From contig CAINFC010000079.1 in NCBI GenBank assembly GCA_903847975.1, positions 75,847 to 139,846 of the forward strand: a stretch of DNA of 64,000 nucleotides. Reading direction: 5' to 3'. Of this stretch, positions 18,679 to 27,527 are shown piece by piece. This DNA comes from an uncultured Acidobacteriota bacterium (GTDB lineage: Bacteria; Acidobacteriota; UBA6911; CAINFC01). How positions within the stretch are numbered: the stretch's first letter is position 1; each line of letters opens with the position of its first letter. Below the pieces are notes generated by a model that saw nothing but the letters and a program-made list of their open reading frames with translations, searched no databases and had not been told where the DNA came from. The position numbers were made by a program, and so were the translations under genes.

Positions 18679-18847
18679 ACGGAGAGAATTAAGGTATACT
18701 TTCAGAAAAATTGGCTTTCCACAAGCCATCCTGGACAGGAGGGATCCAGGCGTCATTGTCCGGCGGGAAAGGCCAAAGTAATTTGTTTGTCTCGGCGGCA
18801 GGGGGCAGGACTCGCCGTTGGTTCCAATGTTATTCAAGGAGTAAAGA

Positions 18848-21800
18848 ATGAGAGCGAGATTTTTTTCATTGCTAATCCTGACCCTGTTACTGGGCCAGGG
18901 ATTATGGGCCCAAAGCCGCGGCGTGATCTCCGGTGAGGTAACCGATCCGACCGGCGCCCTGGTCCCGGGGGCCAGGGTGACCGTTTCCGCTCCCGAAATC
19001 GGATTGAGCCGGGAATCGAGCACCAACGACAGCGGGTTTTTCACCGTTCCCACCCTGCCCGCGGCCAATTACGAGATCAAGGTGGAGGTCCCGGGCTTCA
19101 AGGTCCTGGTCCGCTCGGGCGTCCGGCTGGATACGGACACCGCGGTTTCCCTCAAGCTGGCCCTGGAAGTAGGGGAAATCACCCAGCAGGTGGAAGTGAC
19201 CTCCTCCGCCCCGCTGATCGAGACCACCAACGGGGAAGTGGCCCATACCATTACCGAAACCCAGCTGCAGAACTTCGCCCTGCCGGGCCGCAACCCCTTC
19301 TACATGCTGGGGATCATGCCTGGAGTGGTTTCCCGCTACGGAAATTCCATGGGAGACTATCGCGGCACCAGCTTTTCGATGGGCGGCCTGCAGGTCAACG
19401 GGCAGCGCAAGGATACCAACTTCATCGCCGTCGACGGGGTCAACAACGGCCGCAACCGGGACGGCGTACAGCAGAACAACATCATGGGCGTCGATTTCAT
19501 CGAGGAGGTGAAAATCTCCACTTCCCACTATGCGCCGGAATACGGGCGCAACACCGGCGCCCAGATCAATTTCACCACCCGCCGGGGCACCCAGGATTTC
19601 CACGGGTCGGCCTATGAATTTTTTTTCAGCGATCAGTTCGCCGCGCGGAATTTCATCGTCGGAACCAAACCCAAGGCCCGGTTTCACAATTACGGCGTGA
19701 CGGTCGGCGGCCCGGTCTACATCCCGGGAGTTTTCAACAAGAACAAGGACCAGCTTTTCTTTTTCGTCGGGATGGAAGGCCGGCACAACAACGGCTTCAA
19801 CCAGAAGCTTTCCACCCTGCCCACCGAGGCGGAGCGCAACGGCGATTTCAGCGCTAGCAAGATCAAGCCGATCGATCCCACCACCGGGCTGCCGTTTTCC
19901 GGCAACCTGATCCCCTCCTCGCGGATCAGTGCCTTCGGAAAGTCCCTGCAGAAAATCTACCCCAACCCGAACTACACCGGCCCAGGGGGCAACTACTATG
20001 CCGAGAATGTGCAGCCGACCACCAGCCGGGATATCATTTTCCGCGCCGATTACAAACTCAAGGAGAACTGGCAGCTGAGCTTCCGCGGGCTGCCGGGAGC
20101 CCAGAACTTCACCTCCCCCTTTGACAATACCGGCAACAACATTCCCCTGTTCCGGGTGTACCGCTACCGGACGGGCAACAACTACGCCCTGACGCTCAAC
20201 ACCATTCTAAACCCCAGAACGGTGAACGAGCTGGTGTTCGGCTATTCGGACTACCGCGAGCGTTTCGAGGTCCTGGGCGACGGCGTCAAGCGCAGCGCCT
20301 ACGGTTTCGCTTTTCCGGAAGTGTTCAGCGGCAACCGGCTGGACCGCATTCCCAATATCAACATTTCGGGCTACACCGGCCTGAGCGGTTCCGGCCATCC
20401 CACCTTCGTTACCACTCCCACATTGATCCTGCGGGAGAACTTTACCAAAATCTTCGGCTCCCATACTTTCAAAATGGGCTTCTACCTGGAGTCGATGAAA
20501 ATGAACGAGCTCAACCAGGCCAACGACAACGGTACGTTTTCCTTCGGCAGCTCCAGCTCCAATCCCAAAAATTCCACCAATCCCTGGGCCAACGCCCTGC
20601 TCGGAAATTTCGACGGCTACAGTGAAGTGAGCTCGCCGGTGCAGACGGTCTACCAGTCGTATGACCGCGAGTTCTACGTCCAGGACGGATGGCGGGTAAA
20701 CCGGCGCGTGTCCCTGGAGTTCGGATTGCGCTGGGCCTTTATCGCCCCCTGGGGGGCCGAGCTGAACAACGTGGTGGCCTTTATGCCCCAGTACTGGGTG
20801 GCCAGCAAGGCTCCGCAGGTGGCGGCCACCGGGGCGATCGTTCCGGGAACGGGGGATCCCTACAACGGACTGGTTCTGCCCGGCAGCGGATGGCCCGAGG
20901 CGGCCAACGGCCGGATTCCGGTGTACAACGATGCTGCCATCAAAGCCCTGTTCCGCGGCGTTCCCCGCGGCTTCAACCCGGTGCGCAAGAGCAACCTGCA
21001 GCCCCGCTTCAGCTTCGCCTGGGACGTTTTCGGTACCGGCAAACTGGCGGTCCGTGCCGGAGTCGGCGTGTTCCACGGGGTGACCGGAATCGCCTACTCC
21101 GGATGGTACCTGGGGGCCCGCGCGCCGCTCATCCAGTCGACATCGATCTCCAACGGCTTTGCCGACAACCCGGCCAGCGGCGTTCCCAGCACCACGATCT
21201 ACCCGATCGACGCCGGCGCGCTGCCGTCCGAATACAAGATTCCCACCATGTACAACTACACTTTGGGCATTCAGACCATTCTCCCGTACGCCACCCAGCT
21301 GGACGTCAGCTATGTGGGCAATACCGGCCGGCACCTTTCTCTGAGCCGCAACCTGAACTACATCACTCCCGAGGTCCAGGCCGCCCACCAGGGAGTCGAC
21401 CTGCGCCCCTTTGCGCCCTATCCCGGACTGGGCGGGCTCAATATGGTGGAGCCCTCGGCTACCTCCAGCTACAACGCCATGCAGCTGGCGGCCCGGAGGC
21501 GCACCGGGCAGATCACCTACAGCGTTTCCTACACCCTGGGCAAGATTATGGGCTACGGAAATGAGGGTGTTGCCGGCGGGATGCAGAATCCCAACAACTG
21601 GCGGCTGGACCGATCGGAACTGGAAGAAAGCCGCCGGCACTATGCCATCATCATGCACACCTGGGAGTTGCCGTGGTTTAAAACCCAGCAGGGGCTGCTG
21701 GGCAGAATCCTGGGTGGCTGGTCGATCACCGGGGTTTGGACTCTCAACACCGGGCGGCTCTATTCGCCCGGGCTGACCGCTGTGGCCCGGGGGGTTGCCA

Positions 21801-22144
21801 GCCGTCCGGACGTGGTGGGAGACTGGGAGCTGCCCAAAAGCGAGCGCACCATTTTCCGATTCTTCAACACCGCGGCATTTGCCCGGCCGAAGGACTGGAC
21901 GTTCGGCAACGCGGGAAAGTGGATCGTTCGCGGACCGGGCACCATCGACCTGAGCGCGTTTGCCCTCAAGGACATCAAGGTGTGGGAAAGAATCAAGCTG
22001 CAGGCGCGGGTCGAGGCCTTCAATGCTCCGAACCACATGAACCTGCAGGACATCAACACCACCCTGGGGAATGCGTCCTTCGGCCAGGTAAGCGGCGTAG
22101 GTGCGCCGCGCTACATCCAGCTCGGCATGAAGATGCTCTGGTAA
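18848..22144 (+). CDS. TonB-dependent receptor-like outer membrane protein with an N-terminal carboxypeptidase-regulatory-like domain (Acidobacteria type)
   Basis: AGGAG RBS; signal peptide; GEVTDPTGALVPGARVTV (CarboxypepD_reg); plug and barrel regions; 1098 aa. Confidence 0.85.
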   Translation: MRARFFSLLILTLLLGQGLWAQSRGVISGEVTDPTGALVPGARVTVSAPEIGLSRESSTNDSGFFTVPTLPAANYEIKVEVPGFKVLVRSGVRLDTDTAVSLKLALEVGEITQQVEVTSSAPLIETTNGEVAHTITETQLQNFALPGRNPFYMLGIMPGVVSRYGNSMGDYRGTSFSMGGLQVNGQRKDTNFIAVDGVNNGRNRDGVQQNNIMGVDFIEEVKISTSHYAPEYGRNTGAQINFTTRRGTQDFHGSAYEFFFSDQFAARNFIVGTKPKARFHNYGVTVGGPVYIPGVFNKNKDQLFFFVGMEGRHNNGFNQKLSTLPTEAERNGDFSASKIKPIDPTTGLPFSGNLIPSSRISAFGKSLQKIYPNPNYTGPGGNYYAENVQPTTSRDIIFRADYKLKENWQLSFRGLPGAQNFTSPFDNTGNNIPLFRVYRYRTGNNYALTLNTILNPRTVNELVFGYSDYRERFEVLGDGVKRSAYGFAFPEVFSGNRLDRIPNINISGYTGLSGSGHPTFVTTPTLILRENFTKIFGSHTFKMGFYLESMKMNELNQANDNGTFSFGSSSSNPKNSTNPWANALLGNFDGYSEVSSPVQTVYQSYDREFYVQDGWRVNRRVSLEFGLRWAFIAPWGAELNNVVAFMPQYWVASKAPQVAATGAIVPGTGDPYNGLVLPGSGWPEAANGRIPVYNDAAIKALFRGVPRGFNPVRKSNLQPRFSFAWDVFGTGKLAVRAGVGVFHGVTGIAYSGWYLGARAPLIQSTSISNGFADNPASGVPSTTIYPIDAGALPSEYKIPTMYNYTLGIQTILPYATQLDVSYVGNTGRHLSLSRNLNYITPEVQAAHQGVDLRPFAPYPGLGGLNMVEPSATSSYNAMQLAARRRTGQITYSVSYTLGKIMGYGNEGVAGGMQNPNNWRLDRSELEESRRHYAIIMHTWELPWFKTQQGLLGRILGGWSITGVWTLNTGRLYSPGLTAVARGVASRPDVVGDWELPKSERTIFRFFNTAAFARPKDWTFGNAGKWIVRGPGTIDLSAFALKDIKVWERIKLQARVEAFNAPNHMNLQDINTTLGNASFGQVSGVGAPRYIQLGMKMLW

Positions 22145-22181
22145 ATCTTCCCGGCATCCTTTCGCAACTGTCAAGCCACAA

Positions 22182-22218
22182 GGCCGGCCCGGGCACGAAA
22201 ACCCGGGCCGGCCTTTTT
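22182..22218 (+). terminator. Rho-independent terminator downstream of the TonB-receptor-like gene
   Basis: GGCCGGCCCGGG cacgaaaa CCCGGGCCGGCC TTTTT: a perfect 12-bp GC stem followed by a T-run. Confidence 0.65.
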
Positions 22219-22383
22219 CTTGATAACCCGGCAAAAAGTCGAAATTCATTTTATGTTCTGCGGTCCCTTACGGGACTGGCGTGTGTACTGCACGGGACGA
22301 AATAGCGGAGATCATACCGTTGTACTACGGCCTTGCCTTGTCAGGCCCTGCGTTTGCCGGCACACGGCTGTAATTCCGAGGCA

Positions 22384-22476
22384 TAAGTCCCGTCAGGGAC
22401 GACAAGATTATGGCCCGGCAATTTATTGCCGGGTTGGCTCCAGCGCGGGGTAAGACCCATCGGGACGGTAGAACCG
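22384..22476 (+). repeat. Conserved structured element, copy A (candidate cis-regulatory RNA or small RNA)
   Basis: A roughly 90-nt match to the reverse complement of 42472..42566. It contains the hairpin CCCGGCAAT-tt-ATTGCCGGG, whose counterpart in copy B replaces A-U pairs with G-U wobbles. Confidence 0.4.
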
Positions 22477-22583
22477 GACGAAAAAACGGGTTTTTTTCGA
22501 AGCCATCCTTCCTGACAAACCGGTAAAAAGTCCCATATCTGGAGATTTCCGTTGGGGAAAGCACCTGAAAGGGCTTGGCAACA

Positions 22584-22757
22584 CAGCCCGGGGTTGGCGC
22601 GCTTCGCGCCTACCCCGGGTAGGGACACCCTCTGGCGACAACCCGGAAAGGGTTGCGCAAAATCCGTAATGACCGTTGTTTGCGCAGCCCTTTCCGGGCA
22701 GTATTTTAAACAAAACCGCCTACCCGGGGTAGCGCCTGTGCGGCGCAACCCCGGGCT
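22584..22757. repeat. REP-like nested palindromic element: two self-complementary 40-nt units flanking an internal inverted repeat
   Basis: Unit P1 at 22584..22623 (AGCCCGGGGTTGGCGCGCTTCGCGCCTACCCCGGGTAGGG) and unit P2 at 22718..22757 (CCTACCCGGGGTAGCGCCTGTGCGGCGCAACCCCGGGCTG) are inverted copies of each other. An internal inverted repeat at 22638..22660 and 22678..22697 has one mismatch. Confidence 0.45.
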
Positions 22758-22763
22758 GTGATC

Positions 22764-22795
22764 CGGAACCCCTTGCGGGGTTCCAGACCTTTTAC
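22764..22795 (+). terminator. Terminator-like hairpin inside the long intergenic region (a possible 3' end of a non-coding transcript)
   Basis: GGAACCCC ttgc GGGGTTCC followed by agaccTTTT, about 150 nt upstream of the next start codon. Confidence 0.35.
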
Positions 22796-22946
22796 CGCTT
22801 CCTCGTTTTTCACTCTTGTCCAAAATAATTAAATGCCAAACGCGCTTTCCAGCACCAGCAGATGTTTGTCCCAGACAATATTCCATGAGCCTGGTTGCAG
22901 GAAAAACAGGGTTGTTTTAAGCGGGGGGCGCCGGTAGAATATAGCC

Positions 22947-25550
22947 ATGTCGGAAAAGCCGATAAAGCAATATTCTATAGAACCGTTCACCGGCCTGCCG
23001 CAGGAGGCGGCCGCCGCGCTCCTGCGTCGCGGAATGGAACTGGAGTTTCCCGAAGGAGAGTGGATTTACCGGCAGGGCGCAAATGACGAAGAAATCTACC
23101 TGCTGGTTTCCGGAAGCGTGGAAGGAATCCTGCTATCCGAATCGGGCGTTCCGACCACCGTTTTCAATTGGGAGTCAGGGGATCTCTTCGGGGAAGAATG
23201 CCTTTTCGTGGCCGGGGCAAGACGGGAATCGGCCCGGACGACGGCCCCTTCGAAGTTGTTTCGGATCGGCCGGCAGGACTTCGAGGAGGCCCAGACCGAA
23301 TTTCCGGCTCTGTCGGCTTTTCTCTCACGGGCGCTCTTCCAGCACATTTCCCGTATCCACGAGCATCTCCATCACTCTGCCGAAATGGAACAGGCTTACC
23401 TGAAGTTCCTTTCCGCGCACGGCGGGGGAAACCACTGGCGGCCCCTGGGGAGGAGCGAATCGCTGAGAAGGGTTCGGGAAGCGGCGGAAGCGGCCGGAGG
23501 GAACCGGAATCCCGTTCTCCTGGTGGGGCCCGCCGGAACCGAGAAGCAGGACGTGGCCCGAAGCATCCATGCCGGCGGGGCCCGTCCCAACGCCCCCTTT
23601 CTGGTCATGGACGCCAAGACGGTCGGTCTGGAGCTGATCCTTGGCACCTCCGGCGAGGATGTCGGGGAAATGGCCCGGGAACTGGCTCAGGACCTGGCAC
23701 TTTTCGGATGCCGGATCGGCATCCCCACGGCCGCGGATGTGGATCGCATGGGATACCTGCGGGTAGGGTCCGGGGGGACGGTGCTCATTGAAAATGTGGA
23801 GTGCTTATCCGTGGTGGTCCAGGAGCGGCTTTACAATTTTCTTCGGACCGGCAGCCTCCTGCCTATGGGGGCTGATTTTCCTATCCGTTCCAACGCCCGC
23901 ATCATGGTTTCTACCACCGTGGATCTGGCGGCCTGGGCCGAGGCCGGCAAGTTTCACCCGGGGCTGCTTTCCTGCTTTCAGAAGCCTTACCTTCAGTTGC
24001 CCGCCCTGATCAAGCGGAAAAAAGATATCCTTCCCATGGCGGAGGGATTGGCCCGGGAATTTGCGCGCCGCACCGGCAAAAAGATCGAGGGGATTCACCC
24101 CGCAGCGGTGGTGGAGCTGCTGGAATACAGCTGGCCGGGAAACACCGAGGAACTGGCTGCCACTATTCGCTGCGCTGTCGACCTGGCCCAGGGGCCGGAG
24201 CTGATGCCCGAGGATGTGTTTGTCAGCGGCAAACCGGCTTTTTCCGGGCCGACCTTGAACATTCTGCCATGGAAGAATGTAGGCGGTTTGATCCGGCACC
24301 GCTGGTTTCCTGCTGCCCTGCAGTGGCCCGCAGGGATTGCCATTGCCCTGATTATGGCCCTGGGCTTCTGGGGGAATCCGTCCCCGGAACATAACGTCGC
24401 CCTGATTTTGGCCTGGTCTCTCTGGGAGCCGGCCGTTTTCTGGGGCGCCCTTTTCTTCGGCCGGGTGTGGTGTGCGATCTGTCCCATCGGTGGACTGAAT
24501 TCTGCGATAAGCGAGCGGTTCAGCCTGCAGCGCCGCATCCCTCCCTGGCTTCGGAAATATGGCCTGCACCTGGGCGCTGCGGGCCTGGCGGTGATTCTCT
24601 GGCTGGAAGAGGCGTCCGCCATGCCTTCGAGCGCCTGGGCCACCGCCTGGCTGGTGCTTTCTATCCTGCTGGGGGGGATCCTTTTTGCAGTGGTTTATGC
24701 CCGCCGCGCCTGGTGCCGCTACGTTTGTCCCTTCGGCGGGATGGTGGGCCTGTTCTCGTCCTGCGCTGCCCTGGAAATCCGCTCGAACAAGGGGGTCTGC
24801 GACAACGAGTGCAAGACCCATGCCTGTTTCAAAGGCGGCAAGTCCGGCGGGGGATGTCCTCTGCTCGAAGGACCCTTCATGCTGCAGACCAACATTCATT
24901 GCGTGATGTGTGGGCAGTGCATAAAAAATTGCCCGCACGGGGCGCTAAGGCTGAATCTGCGCCTGCCGGCTGCGGAGCTCTGGACCTCGGCTCAGCCGGC
25001 CGCTGCCATCGCCATCTATCTTCCGGTGGTGATCGCCAGCCAGGTTTTCCGTCAGACCTGGGCGACCGGAGTCTTTCGACCGCTGGAGGAACCGGCCGTC
25101 CTTCGATGGTCCTTCCTGGCGTTCTTCTTTCTTCTTCTGATCGCTGCGGCCAGCTGGTGGATGCAATCCTGCGGCCGCTCGCTCTTTGGCGGGGAGGAGG
25201 AGACTTCGCCAAACGCCTGGGGTTTTTTTGCCCATGCCCTGTTGCCGCTATCCCTGGCTTTCGAGCTCGGCTTCCAGACCGAGCGCGCCCTGGAGCGCGC
25301 CGGGCTATTTCCCGATGTTCTGCTTCACCAGATGGGGATTGCCTCTTCCGCTTCGCTGGGAGCGCCGGCCATTCCCTGGGTGGTTCAATTGATCCAGGTC
25401 GGCCTCTGCTTTCTCGGCATTCTGGCTTCGAATTCCCTGCTGAAAAAGCTGCTGTCCGAAAAGCGGGATCCCTGCCGGCAGCAGAAATACCCTATGGCCG
25501 GCGTCTGGTCCCTCGGCCTGCTGTATGTTGTCCTGCTCATTTTCGGCTAA
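22947..25550 (+). CDS. Three-module fusion protein: cNMP-binding domain, degenerate sigma54-activator-type AAA+ domain, and a NapH/MauN-like membrane-bound polyferredoxin; no HTH
   Basis: Residues 1-140 form a Crp-like cNMP-binding domain (FGEECLF...RESARTTA). Residues 160-400 match the bEBP central domain (VLLVGPAGTEKQDVARSIH; GGTVLIENVE...VQERLYNFLRTG; WPGNTEEL) but lack GAFTGA and the canonical Walker A/B residues. The C-terminus has 4-6 TM helices with CAICPIGG and CRYVCPFGG motifs plus a CDNEC...C and CVMCGQCIKNCP 4Fe-4S cassette. Confidence 0.8.
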   Translation: MSEKPIKQYSIEPFTGLPQEAAAALLRRGMELEFPEGEWIYRQGANDEEIYLLVSGSVEGILLSESGVPTTVFNWESGDLFGEECLFVAGARRESARTTAPSKLFRIGRQDFEEAQTEFPALSAFLSRALFQHISRIHEHLHHSAEMEQAYLKFLSAHGGGNHWRPLGRSESLRRVREAAEAAGGNRNPVLLVGPAGTEKQDVARSIHAGGARPNAPFLVMDAKTVGLELILGTSGEDVGEMARELAQDLALFGCRIGIPTAADVDRMGYLRVGSGGTVLIENVECLSVVVQERLYNFLRTGSLLPMGADFPIRSNARIMVSTTVDLAAWAEAGKFHPGLLSCFQKPYLQLPALIKRKKDILPMAEGLAREFARRTGKKIEGIHPAAVVELLEYSWPGNTEELAATIRCAVDLAQGPELMPEDVFVSGKPAFSGPTLNILPWKNVGGLIRHRWFPAALQWPAGIAIALIMALGFWGNPSPEHNVALILAWSLWEPAVFWGALFFGRVWCAICPIGGLNSAISERFSLQRRIPPWLRKYGLHLGAAGLAVILWLEEASAMPSSAWATAWLVLSILLGGILFAVVYARRAWCRYVCPFGGMVGLFSSCAALEIRSNKGVCDNECKTHACFKGGKSGGGCPLLEGPFMLQTNIHCVMCGQCIKNCPHGALRLNLRLPAAELWTSAQPAAAIAIYLPVVIASQVFRQTWATGVFRPLEEPAVLRWSFLAFFFLLLIAAASWWMQSCGRSLFGGEEETSPNAWGFFAHALLPLSLAFELGFQTERALERAGLFPDVLLHQMGIASSASLGAPAIPWVVQLIQVGLCFLGILASNSLLKKLLSEKRDPCRQQKYPMAGVWSLGLLYVVLLIFG

Positions 25551-27234
25551 GAGGGAAGCCCGAACCGGGTTCGACCTGCCGCAGCATGACCAGGGCCCGG
25601 GCGGCAGGCTCCAGCCGCGAGAGGGGAACACCGTCGATCGGAATGTCGTGACAGGAATCACACGACTGGGAAACGGTTTTGCCGCTTTCGCCGACATGCT
25701 GATCGTCATGGCAGCGGAAGCAGCCCAGTTCATTCTGGTGTCCAAGCAGGTTGAGGTAGTTGTTCCAGCCGATATTCATTTCCATGGAGACATTGATCCG
25801 GTAGGCCAGGCTGGACAGGGTTTGTGCTTCCGCGGCGAGGGAAGGCCGGAGCCTGTCGAACAGGTCCGGGAGCCTGGATTTGTAGTACGACTCCAGCGAT
25901 TCCAGAATTCCTTTGCCCGCCTCGGATCCGGGGGGATACTTCCGACTCAGCGCTTCCAGCGCGGCTTTTTTCAGGTGGGGAAGAGAAGTGTTCAGCTTTC
26001 CCTGGAAGAGCAGGCGGTCCAGGGCCTCTTCCTGGGATTCGTAGCGGTGTGCCACGCGGTTATGACAGTCCGTACAGTCCATGGTTCGCCAGGGCGTATC
26101 CGGAGCCGGGTCAGGCCAATCGGCTCGCACGTAACGTCTGGTTTTTCCCTTTTCGCTGACCCGCAGTTCCTTGATCTTTAGCCGCTGCGGATCGTCTGTC
26201 CGGTATTCGACATGGGCGTCGTGTCCCGCATGCCAGTGGATGCCTACCGCTTTTCCGGTGTCGGGAAGAAAGCCTCCCACGTGAAGCCGGACCAGAGTGA
26301 CCTGCGGATCCAGCAAATCGCTTTCGGCGGGAAAGCGGAAATAAACTTTATCGCGGTTGCTGTAATAAACCCGGCCGGAGTGGCATTCCTCGCACGTTTC
26401 CATGGCAGGTCTTAGGTTGTGTATCGGGGTTTTGATGGGCCGGCTGTAGTTCCCGGTAGAAGTGGCGTAGACCTGTCGGAAGCCGGAAAGTTTGGCCTTG
26501 ATATACCAGGCAGCTCCGTGTCCGATATGACACTCCGCACAGGAAACCTGAGAATGAGCCGATCGCTGGTGAAGGGCGAGGTCGGGGCCCATGACCGAGT
26601 GGCAGAACTTGCCGCAGAATTCGGTCGACTCGGTATACAGGTAAATATGGTAGGAGCCGAATGCCGCCAGCGTGGTCAGGAAGAGGGCCACGGTTGCCAG
26701 GAGCCGGCGCCGCATCTTTTTCCGGGCCTGTTCCGCCTCCTTGCGGCGCGTCACATCGCGGACCACAAGGTGAGTCATGTGCTCACCCTGGTGAAGGAAT
26801 GGAGAAGCCAGTAACTCCGCGTAAAACCAGGTCTGGTCCATGCGCCGGAAGCGGATTTCCTCCAGAGGAGTATCTGCTCCGGCGGTTTTTATCCGTTCTA
26901 CGACTTCCCTGGTTTGAAGACTTGCTTTGTCCGCGAAAAAATCTTCCAGGGATCGGCCGTGAACCTCCCGCGGACGGGTAACGCGAAGAATATCCAGGGA
27001 GGCCAGGTTGGCATAGCGGACGATTCCCTCTTCGTCCAGGAGAAGCACGAGGTCGGGAGACAACTCCACCAGTCGGCGATAGTGCTCTTCCTGCCCGGTG
27101 GAAGGCCTCTGCTCCAGGCTTTCTTCTGCCCCCGAACAGGGAGAGGTAGGGGAGGGCGCGGAGGTTGGATTAGTTTCCGGGATTCCCTCAGAAGAGGGCA
27201 TGGCGGCAGGAACTGAATGAGAAGGCATCTGCAC
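25537..27234 (-). CDS. PAS-domain / TM / multiheme cytochrome c (NapC/NirT-like; 5 CxxCH and 1 CxxxCH)
   Basis: Cytoplasmic PAS domain (LVELSPDLVLLLDEEGIVRYAN...), a TM helix (LLATVALFLTTLAAFGSY), then heme motifs CGKFCH, CAECH, CEECH, CTDCH, CFRCH and CDSCH. It is convergent with the fusion gene, with a 14-nt 3' overlap. Confidence 0.8.
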   Translation of the reverse strand: MQMPSHSVPAAMPSSEGIPETNPTSAPSPTSPCSGAEESLEQRPSTGQEEHYRRLVELSPDLVLLLDEEGIVRYANLASLDILRVTRPREVHGRSLEDFFADKASLQTREVVERIKTAGADTPLEEIRFRRMDQTWFYAELLASPFLHQGEHMTHLVVRDVTRRKEAEQARKKMRRRLLATVALFLTTLAAFGSYHIYLYTESTEFCGKFCHSVMGPDLALHQRSAHSQVSCAECHIGHGAAWYIKAKLSGFRQVYATSTGNYSRPIKTPIHNLRPAMETCEECHSGRVYYSNRDKVYFRFPAESDLLDPQVTLVRLHVGGFLPDTGKAVGIHWHAGHDAHVEYRTDDPQRLKIKELRVSEKGKTRRYVRADWPDPAPDTPWRTMDCTDCHNRVAHRYESQEEALDRLLFQGKLNTSLPHLKKAALEALSRKYPPGSEAGKGILESLESYYKSRLPDLFDRLRPSLAAEAQTLSSLAYRINVSMEMNIGWNNYLNLLGHQNELGCFRCHDDQHVGESGKTVSQSCDSCHDIPIDGVPLSRLEPAARALVMLRQVEPGSGFPLSRK

Positions 27235-27527
27235 TCTCCGATCCGATGTTTGGATGATGATTTTTTTAAAGGGTCAAATCATACCCGAGATCGGGGCAGG
27301 ATGCATCGTCTTTTTAGAGTTTTGTTTGGCGGTGATTAGGTTAATCCATTTTAATAAGTGACTAGGGTTAAGTCCTTGTCCGATATAAGGAAAAATTCTT
27401 TTTCATGAACCAGTGGTTACAAAAAACCCATTATGAGCTATAATAAAAGCAATAATTTATTAATTCAACAAATCAATGGTAGTAAAAATATTGAAACCTT
27501 AGTAGGGGTATTCGGAAAGAACATGGA

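Noticed and set aside
22584..22757. Long symmetric stem structure considered as 6S RNA
   Set aside because: Each arm is itself a palindrome, so the two arms are copies of a repeat unit rather than two complementary halves enclosing a central bubble. No conserved 6S features were seen.
22145..22946. Search for a sigma54 (-24 GG / -12 GC) promoter near the bEBP-like gene and elsewhere
   Set aside because: Candidate TGGCA-like sites (for example near 22585 and 22650) do not have the required 10-nt GG-to-GC spacing or TTGC element. No convincing sigma54 promoter was found by eye.
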